DNA of 60,348 nucleotides, filler included, from Candidatus Zhuqueibacterota bacterium (GTDB lineage Bacteria; BS750m-G25), in the NCBI GenBank assembly GCA_016783505.1. It is 5 parts of 5 records of this genome, joined end to end, with 100 filler letters (N's around TTAATTAATTAA, not from the genome) between each part and the next. Parts side by side here need not be neighbours in the genome. Positions count along the whole stretch, not along the records: positions 16,448 to 46,505 come from JADHWK010000025.1; 4 more parts are not named here. One strand, given 5' to 3'. Both the position numbers and the translations under genes were made by a program. This document shows positions 30,126 through 38,902 of the stretch, one piece after another. Every line of letters starts with the position of its first letter. Position 1 is the first letter of the stretch. Under the pieces are notes generated by a model. That model had not been told where the DNA came from and made no database searches. It was given only the letters and a program-made list of their open reading frames with translations.

Positions 30126-30900
30126 TACTGCTTAAGAATTGTTTTTACGTTGCTACCTTTAATGATAGAGAAGATGAGCTAAAAAACCATGACATTTTGA
30201 TCAGGGAAAATGTTATAGAAAAGATAGCTCCTGCCATACAGTTATTCCCCCAGGAGTTAATGAACACCGAGGTGATAGACTGCTCCCGGTTTCTGGTAAT
30301 ACCCGGAATGATCAACACCCATCACCATCTTTTTCAAACGCTTACAAGGAATCTTCCCGGGGCGCAGAACGCAAAACTCTTCGACTGGCTTGTTTATCTT
30401 TATCCCATATGGGGGCGCATGGATGAGGAGGCCATTTATTATTCCACCCTTCTGGGGAGCGCTGAACTGCTGAAAACCGGTGCCACTACAACCACAGACC
30501 AGATGTACCTGTATCCTGAGGACTTCAAAGGTGACATGATGGGAATTCAGTTTGAAGCGGCTGCGAGGGCCGGAATACGATTTTCTCCCTCAAGGGGATC
30601 TATGACAAGGGGCGAAAGTGATAGGGGGCTGCCCCCAGATCATGTGGTTCAAAACACCGAAGAGGTGATCAGAGACATGGTGAGGGTGCAGACCTTGCCC
30701 TGTATGATATGTTTAAACTCCAGTACGCGGGTGCGCTTGAAGATCCCCTTGCCGCCATCGTTTTTTCAGGTTATAACCATGAAACGGCGTATACGATCGT
30801 GAATGGAGATGTTGTTGTCAGGGAAGGGGAAATTGTGGGCTATGATGAAGAGGAGATTGTTGAGAGGGTGAATGCGATGGCGGGAAGGATTGTGGGATAG
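30122..30900 (+). pseudogene. 8-oxoguanine deaminase/AtzB-like amidohydrolase with an internal deletion and frameshift
   Basis: N-terminal part (PGMINTHHHLFQTLTR...VIRDMVRV) joins near 30687, out of frame, to the C-terminal GADLALYD...DPLAAIVF...TIVNG; the catalytic middle is missing. Confidence 0.8.
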
Positions 30901-30992
30901 ACGATAATCGAAGGGAAATTTTTCAACAAAAGACTTGATTCTTTCCAATTATTTTTGTAACATAATCCTCAGCGTGAGAGAACATATTTTTT

Positions 30993-31015
30993 AAAAAAGC
31001 CTTCAAAGGCTTTTT
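30993..31015. terminator. Short bidirectional terminator-like hairpin
   Basis: aaaaaagcct-tcaa-aggcttttt. Confidence 0.55.
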
Positions 31016-31059
31016 CGTGCTTTAAGAAAGTTCATCTTTTTCGGAAGAAATTAATGTAA

Positions 31060-31291
31060 GGATCACGTGTGGCTATTGGTCAGACACAAGCTGGTCGGTA
31101 TCTGCGTGTTATTTATGTACCGGACCCAGAGCCTAAAGATGAAGCAGAATAAATTTCCACCCGGATGGGACGAAAACCGAGTCCGTCGTGTTTTAGCCAA
31201 TTACGAGCGTCAGACCGAAGAGGAAGCCTTAGCAGGAGATAAAGCAGCGGGTCAGGGAAGCAGCGGACATCCTGGGCAAGATTCAAATTAA
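31060..31291 (+). pseudogene. Remnant type II toxin-antitoxin pair (BrnT/DUF4258-like toxin fragment plus truncated partner starting at 31139)
   Basis: GSRVAIGQTQAGRYLRVIYVPDPEP with no start codon, then MKQNKFPPGWDENRVRRVLANYERQTEEEA. Confidence 0.6.
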
Positions 31292-31369
31292 GAAATTTGA
31301 ATTAACTTATGAGGGTAAAGAACGGGAAGAAGATGTCCCTACACATAGCTGACAGGTAAGTGAGGAACA

Positions 31370-34300
31370 ATGGAAGCAAAGAAATATTGGCAAATAGATA
31401 CAGAGAAATTAGCAGAAGACATTAAAGAAATTGCTCGTAGAGTCAAAACAGAAGAAGACCTCAAAATGGGCATGGAACCATTGCTTCAAAAAACGTTTAA
31501 GAAGATGGGTGTTGATATTAACATTGTCAGGTATGAGAAAACAAGCACAACTTTCCGAGGAAGATCTGACGCGGTCTATGGTTATCTAACTATAGAATAT
31601 AAAGTTCCAAGCAAATTATCAAGAAAGACAGACGTCAAAGTAGCTACAGAACAACTTAAACGCTATTTAGGTGAACAGGCTGTACACTTTGGACAACAGA
31701 GAGAAGATTTTTTGGAGAAAGCGGTCGGTGTGGCCACTGATGGCAAACACATACTTTTCCTGAGATTTACAAAGGTTCCCACAACTTTACAAACGCCCAT
31801 ACCTATCGGAGAGGCACAGGCTGCTCTTTTCCCCGAGATTGAAGCCAAGCGTGGGTTTCAAGTCTTGGGTCCATATCCAATAAATAAAACAAGTCTTGCA
31901 AATCTATTGATATTCGTCCGAGCTTCCGCTCGGCGTCCTTTAACTGCAAAAGACTTGGCTATAGTGTTTGCCCCTACATGTCAGATAGCGCAACAAGCAG
32001 TGTCTGGACTGTATTCCATGCTAATGAGAGCCCAGAGAAGGCAGACACCCTCCCGAATAAAGGTATTCTTTCAGGAATGGGATAAAAATTTTGGTGTTGT
32101 ATATGGTCAAGAATTGGAAAAAGCAAAGAAATCAGCCGCAGAAACAGCGGAATTATATCGGATGCCAGCTGGCGTTAGACTTAAACAATTGCTTTTTGCG
32201 ATTCATACTTTCTATGCCTTTCTTATGAAGATTATTTCCATTGAACTTGTTTCATTGCAAGGTGAAAGCACAGTAAAGTCTTTTGTTAAAGGACTCACTG
32301 CGATGGACGATGACGAATTAAAGGATAGACTATCTTATCTAAAGAGTGGAGCAGACTTCTATAACCATGGAATTGTAAACTTTTTAGAAGCAGATTTCTT
32401 CTCCTGGTATCTTGACGGATGGGATCCACATATCGCAAATGTATTTCGCGCTATTGTAAATGCACTTTCTGATTTTGAACCCGCGACTCCAATGCTTGAA
32501 CCTGAATGGACAAGAGACCTACTTCAAAGGCTATATGAATTACTCGTTCCTCGGAAATTAAGACATGATTTAGGAGAGTATTATACTCCTGAATGGCTTG
32601 CAGGCTATGTGGTAGATAAAAGCGGATATAAAGGAGTAATTGGCTCTCGTTTTCTTGACCCTGCCTGTGGATCAGGCACTTTTCTGGTTCAGGCTATTAA
32701 TAAAGCAATTAGACATGCTGAAGGTGATAGAAAGACGGTGGCACGCCACATACTTGAAAATATTGTAGGTTTTGATTTGAATCCAATTGCGGTGTTGTCA
32801 GCCCGGACAAATTATCTAATCGCATTTTCGAGGCTCATTTCCTATATACGTCCAATTTCCATTCCTGTCTACTTATGTGATTCTATACTCACACCGACCC
32901 GTTATGTAGAAGAAGGAAAACTTCAACTTGAAAATACAATCATTTTTACCACAACAAAAGGTAATTATACTTTCCCCATTTCAATGAAGGAAAAGACTCA
33001 TATAGATAAGTTCACTTCAATGATGGATGTTGCCTTAAGAGGAAAAGTTAAGCCAGAAAACTTTAAAAATGAGGTTAAGACAGAGTTTAATTTACCCGAA
33101 AAAGAAATCTCTCTTCTTGTTAATATTTACAAACGCATAAAAGAGTTAGATGATGCAGGCGAAAATGGGTTTTGGGCACGATACATAAAGAATGCCTTTG
33201 CTCCTGTATATCTGGGTAAATTTGACTTTGTTATTGGTAATCCACCCTGGGTTAGATGGGATTATCTCTCAGACGATTACCGAAAAAGAACGCTTAAATT
33301 ATGGCAGAGATATGGGCTTTTCTCTCTGAGAGGTTATGAGGCAAGATTAGGAGGTGGGAAAAAAGATTTTTCTATGCTGTTTACTTATGCATCTGCAGAT
33401 AATTACCTCAAAGACAATGGCATTCTGGGCTTTTTAATTACTATGGAAGTTTTTAAATCAAAAGGAGCGGGTGAAGGATTCAGGCAGTTTGAATTAAAGG
33501 ATAAAAAAGTCCCCTTTAAAGTTTTGAGTATGGAAGATATGGTTGATTTGCAGCCTTTTCAATCTGCTAACAAGACATCCGTATTTTTCATAAGAAAAGG
33601 GGAGAAAACAACTTATCCTGTCAAAGTTATTGAATGGAAGCGAAAACCTGGTATTGGTCGTATCCTACCTGATTGGTCTCTGGATATAGTAGAGGCAAAT
33701 TGTAAGGTAAAACAGATACAGGAAATACCTGTTAATCCAGATAAATTATCTTCATCTTGGCAGACCGCAAAAACTGCAGAGTTAACTGTATATTCTAAAT
33801 TGAAAGGACAAAATCCATATAAGGCCTATACAGGTGCATTTACCACCCCTTATGGTGTTTTTTGGTTACAGGTTAAAGAAGTAAGACCAGACAATATTCT
33901 TGTCGTTGGGAATTTACATGAAAGAGGAAAATGGGAGGTAAAACCTGTTCATACAGCAATAGAGCCTAATTTAGTATTTCCGGCAGTAAGCGGTGGTGAT
34001 ATATTAAAATTTGGTGTAAGATCTTATTTTTATTTACTGATATCACAAGACCCTCATAAAAGACGTGGATATGATGAAGAATATTTAAGCACAAAATTTT
34101 CTCTCACCTATGCTTACCTTGTCCAGTTTAGAGATATACTTGTTAAACGAGCAGCATACAAAAAATATTTCTGTAAAGAAGTTAAAGAAAAAGGGAAAGT
34201 AATTGACTATAAGCCTATTGCTCCATTTTATTCTCAGTTCGACATTAGTGAATTAACTTTTGCCAGATATAGAGTAACTTGGAAACAAATGGCGTCAAAA

Positions 34301-34663
34301 ATGTCTGCGGTTGTGCTATCAAGTATTAGAACTGATTTCGGGACAAAACCGATGATTTCTACTCATACATCCGCATTTTTCCCAGTAGATAATAGAGAAG
34401 AGGCACATTATCTTTGTGCCATATTAAATTCAGATATTGTTAATAACTTCATAAAAAGTTTCTCGGCAGCTGGACGAGGATTTGGCACCCCATCTATTAT
34501 GAATAATTTTGCTATCCCACGCTTTAATAACAATAATGAAACTCATAAGAGACTTGCTAGACTATCAGAGAAAGCACATGAGCTGGTTAAAAGGGGCAAG
34601 AGCACAGAGGACCTTGAAAAGCAAATAAACACGGTGGTTAAAAAACTATGGAATATAAAATAA
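31370..34663 (+). CDS. Type IIG-like restriction-modification fusion (N6-adenine MTase with putative N-terminal nuclease and C-terminal TRD)
   Basis: GEYYTP, motif I FLDPACGSGTFL, motif IV GNPPW; N-terminal RSDAVYGYLTIEYK resembling D..ExK; 1097 aa; AT-rich. Confidence 0.85.
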   Translation: MEAKKYWQIDTEKLAEDIKEIARRVKTEEDLKMGMEPLLQKTFKKMGVDINIVRYEKTSTTFRGRSDAVYGYLTIEYKVPSKLSRKTDVKVATEQLKRYLGEQAVHFGQQREDFLEKAVGVATDGKHILFLRFTKVPTTLQTPIPIGEAQAALFPEIEAKRGFQVLGPYPINKTSLANLLIFVRASARRPLTAKDLAIVFAPTCQIAQQAVSGLYSMLMRAQRRQTPSRIKVFFQEWDKNFGVVYGQELEKAKKSAAETAELYRMPAGVRLKQLLFAIHTFYAFLMKIISIELVSLQGESTVKSFVKGLTAMDDDELKDRLSYLKSGADFYNHGIVNFLEADFFSWYLDGWDPHIANVFRAIVNALSDFEPATPMLEPEWTRDLLQRLYELLVPRKLRHDLGEYYTPEWLAGYVVDKSGYKGVIGSRFLDPACGSGTFLVQAINKAIRHAEGDRKTVARHILENIVGFDLNPIAVLSARTNYLIAFSRLISYIRPISIPVYLCDSILTPTRYVEEGKLQLENTIIFTTTKGNYTFPISMKEKTHIDKFTSMMDVALRGKVKPENFKNEVKTEFNLPEKEISLLVNIYKRIKELDDAGENGFWARYIKNAFAPVYLGKFDFVIGNPPWVRWDYLSDDYRKRTLKLWQRYGLFSLRGYEARLGGGKKDFSMLFTYASADNYLKDNGILGFLITMEVFKSKGAGEGFRQFELKDKKVPFKVLSMEDMVDLQPFQSANKTSVFFIRKGEKTTYPVKVIEWKRKPGIGRILPDWSLDIVEANCKVKQIQEIPVNPDKLSSSWQTAKTAELTVYSKLKGQNPYKAYTGAFTTPYGVFWLQVKEVRPDNILVVGNLHERGKWEVKPVHTAIEPNLVFPAVSGGDILKFGVRSYFYLLISQDPHKRRGYDEEYLSTKFSLTYAYLVQFRDILVKRAAYKKYFCKEVKEKGKVIDYKPIAPFYSQFDISELTFARYRVTWKQMASKMSAVVLSSIRTDFGTKPMISTHTSAFFPVDNREEAHYLCAILNSDIVNNFIKSFSAAGRGFGTPSIMNNFAIPRFNNNNETHKRLARLSEKAHELVKRGKSTEDLEKQINTVVKKLWNIK

Positions 34664-35478
34664 TAACTCCAAGCGATTCTAAATATCCACAGAAACTTAT
34701 TAAAAGTCTGGGTGATAAATGTCCTGACAAAATTTATTATAGCGGCCCATTAGAATTTCTTGACCATTTTACTATGGCGGTAATTTGTTCAGATAAAAGT
34801 GGTGGGATTGCACTGATGGAGACAAACCAAGTCCTTTTTACAGTGCGAGAATACGAAATGAATTATATTGGTGGTTGGCATTCAGTAATAGAGACTGAAA
34901 TTTTCAGACTGAGTTTATTTAGAAAAAACACAACGACCACTCTCTTCTCTGCAAAAGGATTAGCTGTAGAGACATTTGAATCTTTTCTGAAAGACAGGTT
35001 TTATCCACCCTTGCATGAATTTCCTGAAAGAGATGAGTATTTCAGACGGGCCAAAAACAGTGAGTTGTTGGTACTTTCTGTTAGTAACCCCAACGAGACA
35101 AGACAGTCGCGAAAGAATGTAATTGAAAGAAACTGGACATCCTGTGTTCTTGCAGACATTGTTTTTGTCCCGTATGGGCCAAAAGGTTCAAAGACTTACA
35201 CAATGGCAAAAAGAATTCATGAAGCAAATATACCCGCCTTTACAATTGAAAACGACGGATGTAAAGATCTCCATGAACTTGGTATTCCTGGATTCAATCG
35301 TAAAACTGTTAGGGCCTTTCTCGAAGACAATGGTGCAAAACGGGCAATTCCACAGAAAGAGACAAGGAAATCTGTCGAGGCATATAAGAGACCAATAAGT
35401 CAGCAACTGTCCTTTGTAAAAGAGCCTACCCAGAAAGAACTGAAATTTAAAAAGAATAGCAAGAATAGCAATCTGTAA
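34648..35478 (+). CDS. DprA/SMF-like (SLOG Rossmann-fold) protein
   Basis: SDSKYPQKL...YYSGPLEFL, IGGWHSVIE, ERNWTSCVLADIVFV, GSKT; overlaps the R-M stop by 16 nt. Confidence 0.65.
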   Translation: MEYKIITPSDSKYPQKLIKSLGDKCPDKIYYSGPLEFLDHFTMAVICSDKSGGIALMETNQVLFTVREYEMNYIGGWHSVIETEIFRLSLFRKNTTTTLFSAKGLAVETFESFLKDRFYPPLHEFPERDEYFRRAKNSELLVLSVSNPNETRQSRKNVIERNWTSCVLADIVFVPYGPKGSKTYTMAKRIHEANIPAFTIENDGCKDLHELGIPGFNRKTVRAFLEDNGAKRAIPQKETRKSVEAYKRPISQQLSFVKEPTQKELKFKKNSKNSNL

Positions 35479-35691
35479 GTGTTTTTAGTTATACTGGAAG
35501 AAACAAGGATTATTGCACTCCTTTCTTTCAAGCTCTGAGAGAAGGGGAATACAGAACCCTTAAGTAAAAGATTTAGGCTGAGTCAGAGGAGATATGATAA
35601 AAATCAGTTGGATAAAAGGCAAGAATTTTTCCCCCAAATCCCGAGGCTTCGGGATCGGGCTTTCTTTTAGCCGTAAGCCGTTTCCAGTAAT

Positions 35692-36633
35692 TTGATCCTA
35701 ACAGTGACAGACAATGAAAAACTAGCCATCGGCCTGGACTATGGGGGGAAGAACATCAAGGCGGGACTGATGGCCCGCGATGGGTGCATCCTAACTGAAC
35801 ATCAGTCCGCAACCGGGGCCGAGCTGAGCTACCAGGCGGTGGTGGAAAAGCTGGTGCTGGCCATCCGGGAACTACTGGTGGGGAACGAATCCCGGGTCAT
35901 CGGGGTCGGCATTGGGTCGCCGGGCCTGATTGACCTGGAAGGCACTACTATCTTCACTTCCCCCAACTTCCTCTACTGGAAAGACCAACCATTAAAAAAA
36001 GATTTACAAAAAAGTATTGACCTTCCCATTTTCATCAATAATGATGTGAACATGCTGGCCATCGGGGAGCACCGGTTTGGGGCTGCCAGGGGCTGCCGAA
36101 ATTTTATCTGTCTTGCCCTGGGCACGGGAGTTGGGGGCGCCATCTTTGTTGATGGGGAACTCTACCGGGGGGCTACCGGGACTGCCGGGGAACTTGGTCA
36201 TATGACCATTAACTTCGATGGTCCCATTTGTAAATGTGGTAATCGAGGAGATCTGGAGAGTTATATCGGGGCTGACTACTTGGTGAAGAGGGCCAGCAAG
36301 AAAATAAGGGGTTGCCCTGAGCTTACCCCAAAGATCATTGCTGAGATGGCCTATCAGGGGGATAGGGATGCGGCGGAAGTTATGGCGGAAACAGGACGTT
36401 ACCTGGGAGTAGCCTGTGCCAGCTTCATCAATATTTTCAACCCGGAAAAGATCATCATCGGGGGTGGTATTGCTCAGAGCGGGGATATTCTGTTCCGGGC
36501 CATTCAGGACGAGGTCGGGGAGAGAGCCTATACCCAATTGGTTAAAAACGTTGAAATTATCCCGGCTCAATTGGGAAACCGGGCCGGGCTTATGGGGGCG
36601 GCAGCGACGGTGTTTGAAAGTATTAGGGGATAG
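35692..36633 (+). CDS. ROK family sugar kinase (glucokinase-like)
   Basis: GLDYGGKNIK, NDVN, LGTGVGG, ELGHM, CKCGNRGDLE. Confidence 0.92.
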   Translation: MILTVTDNEKLAIGLDYGGKNIKAGLMARDGCILTEHQSATGAELSYQAVVEKLVLAIRELLVGNESRVIGVGIGSPGLIDLEGTTIFTSPNFLYWKDQPLKKDLQKSIDLPIFINNDVNMLAIGEHRFGAARGCRNFICLALGTGVGGAIFVDGELYRGATGTAGELGHMTINFDGPICKCGNRGDLESYIGADYLVKRASKKIRGCPELTPKIIAEMAYQGDRDAAEVMAETGRYLGVACASFINIFNPEKIIIGGGIAQSGDILFRAIQDEVGERAYTQLVKNVEIIPAQLGNRAGLMGAAATVFESIRG

Positions 36634-36647
36634 ATTTTAGGTAATAG

Positions 36648-36749
36648 TTCACCACAGATACCCACAGAATAACACAGAATCGGTCAGGCGCCCGATTGAA
36701 AAGACTTTCGTGTAGTTCCGTGATCCCGAATGCTCGGGACTGTGGTGAA
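36648..36749. repeat. Inverted CACAGA-repeat hairpin carrying both an ATCGGTCAGG element and an ATCCCGA palindrome
   Basis: ttcaccacaga...tgtggtgaa; inserts at 36678-36702 and 36723-36740. Confidence 0.65.
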
Positions 36750-36778
36750 TTGTTACGATTCTAGATAGGGAATAAAAC

Positions 36779-38902
36779 ATGAGGTCTCCCCTTCATATTG
36801 CCTTTCTCTGGCACATGCACCAACCTTACTACTGGGACCCCTTTACTGAAAAATATCGGCTGCCGTGGGTGCGCCTGCACGGGGTAAAAGATTATTACGA
36901 TATGGTGGCCATCCTGAAGGATTTTCCCGACATCCGGGTCACCTTTAATCTGGTCCCCTCACTATTAGATCAACTAGAAGGATATGTTCTGGGGATCACC
37001 GATCCCTTTTTAGATATTACGTTGAAGTCGGACTACGATGGGGATGACCGGCTCTTCCTGCTGAAAAATTATTTCGCATTGAACATTCCCCGTATGGTCA
37101 GGCCTTATCAGCGGTATTGGAGGCTTTTTCAACTCAGGGGCGGGGGATCGGGGATTAACCGGGGTTTTAAGGATCAGGAATTTCGCGACATAGCGGTATG
37201 GTTTAACCTGGCCTGGTGTGGCCATACGCTGCGGATTACCGATAGCGTGCGCGGTCTTCTGCAGAAGGGTAGAAATTTTACCCATAGGGACAAAGAACTC
37301 CTCATTTCTGAACAAAATCGCTTAATCGAAAAAATTATTCCCACCTACCAGGAATTTGCCCATCAGGGTCAGATTGAGATTACCACCAGTCCCTACTACC
37401 ATCCCATATTGCCATTGTTAATAGATACCGGTCTAGCCCGACAGGTCGATCCCGCCCTTAATCTTCCCCAACACAGCTTTAACCGCCCTGAGGATGCCCG
37501 CTGGCAGATTGGTGCCGCCGCCGAGGCCTATCAACGTTGTTTCGGCATCCCACCCCGAGGACTTTGGCCTTCCGAGGGGTCCCTGTGCCGCCAGGCTATT
37601 CCCATGATGGCGGATGCCGGTTTTCATTGGACGGCTACTGACGCCGAAATCCTGCGCCGCAGTTTAGGAAAAGGAAGGTTGGCTCCTAAAGAACTCTACC
37701 GACCTTATCGGATAACCGTAGACGGAGGGGAATTGGTGGTTTTTTTCCGGGATTCCACCTTATCCGACCTCATCGGGTTTACATATGCCGGATGGGACTC
37801 AGTACGGGCGGCGGATGACTTCGTCCACAGGCTTGCGGCCATCCGGGAGGGACTTCCCGATGACGGGCGGTCCTATGTTATCTCTATTATTTTAGATGGG
37901 GAGAACGCCTGGGAGCACTACCCCAACAACGGCTGGGATTTTTTAACCAGCCTCTACGGGAAATTGCAGCAATCCACAAGGTTTAAGACGGTGACGTTTT
38001 CTGAATTCCTGAAAGGGGAGGAAAGGCCGGAGGAATTGAGCAGAATCGTTCCGGGTTCCTGGATTAACGGCAATTTTGATACCTGGATCGGTCAGCCCGA
38101 GAAAAACAGGGCCTGGGACCTGTTGGCGGGGGCCCGGACCGGGGTGGGGAGAAGCCTGATCGAAGGGGATGGCGGGGCCCCTGAGGGGCTACACCAGATT
38201 TACATCGCCGAGGGCAGTGATTGGTTCTGGTGGTTGGGGGAGGGCCAATACAGTCTCTATGAGAATGAGTTTGATTCCCTCTTTCGGAATCATTTGAAGA
38301 AGGCCTATTCCCTGATCGGTCGTCCCATTCCTGCCACACTGGAGGAGCCTCTCACCAGGGGGAAGGCAATGGGAGTATTCGTTCCCCCCACCCATCTGAT
38401 AAGTCCGGGGGTTAACGGGGCCTCCGATCTTTATTATGATTGGACGGCGGCCGGCTATTGCCAGGCGCGGGAGGGGGCCATTCACCGAACTTACCGGTTG
38501 CTGAAAAAGTTATACTTTGGCTTCGATTTGGAAAATCTTTACTTGAAGCTGATTCTGGACCGGCCCAGATTGGAAGCCCTGCGGGACAATCCCGCCCTGG
38601 AGTTTAAATTTTACCGGCCGGTGAGGGGGAGGCTTCGAGTCACCCTATTCAGGGACGGATACAAACTTATATTTGTCCTTGATGATAGGGAGAAGGAGAT
38701 TCCGACGACCAACTTTTCAATGACAAAATCCCTGAAGATTCGGCTGCCCTTTGTGGTTTTGGGGGCCAGGGCCGGGGATCCGGTGGAATTTTACCTCTCC
38801 TTGACCATCAACGATAACGAGGTCGAAAGACTGCCCGGCGATGAGCTGATTGACCTGGTCGTCCCATCAGAGGAATTTGAAGGAGAGAATTGGTATGTTT
38901 AA
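36779..38902 (+). CDS. GH57 glycoside hydrolase (amylopullulanase-like)
   Basis: WHMHQP, WPSEGS, ILDGENAWE, AEGSDWFWW. Confidence 0.92.
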   Translation: MRSPLHIAFLWHMHQPYYWDPFTEKYRLPWVRLHGVKDYYDMVAILKDFPDIRVTFNLVPSLLDQLEGYVLGITDPFLDITLKSDYDGDDRLFLLKNYFALNIPRMVRPYQRYWRLFQLRGGGSGINRGFKDQEFRDIAVWFNLAWCGHTLRITDSVRGLLQKGRNFTHRDKELLISEQNRLIEKIIPTYQEFAHQGQIEITTSPYYHPILPLLIDTGLARQVDPALNLPQHSFNRPEDARWQIGAAAEAYQRCFGIPPRGLWPSEGSLCRQAIPMMADAGFHWTATDAEILRRSLGKGRLAPKELYRPYRITVDGGELVVFFRDSTLSDLIGFTYAGWDSVRAADDFVHRLAAIREGLPDDGRSYVISIILDGENAWEHYPNNGWDFLTSLYGKLQQSTRFKTVTFSEFLKGEERPEELSRIVPGSWINGNFDTWIGQPEKNRAWDLLAGARTGVGRSLIEGDGGAPEGLHQIYIAEGSDWFWWLGEGQYSLYENEFDSLFRNHLKKAYSLIGRPIPATLEEPLTRGKAMGVFVPPTHLISPGVNGASDLYYDWTAAGYCQAREGAIHRTYRLLKKLYFGFDLENLYLKLILDRPRLEALRDNPALEFKFYRPVRGRLRVTLFRDGYKLIFVLDDREKEIPTTNFSMTKSLKIRLPFVVLGARAGDPVEFYLSLTINDNEVERLPGDELIDLVVPSEEFEGENWYV

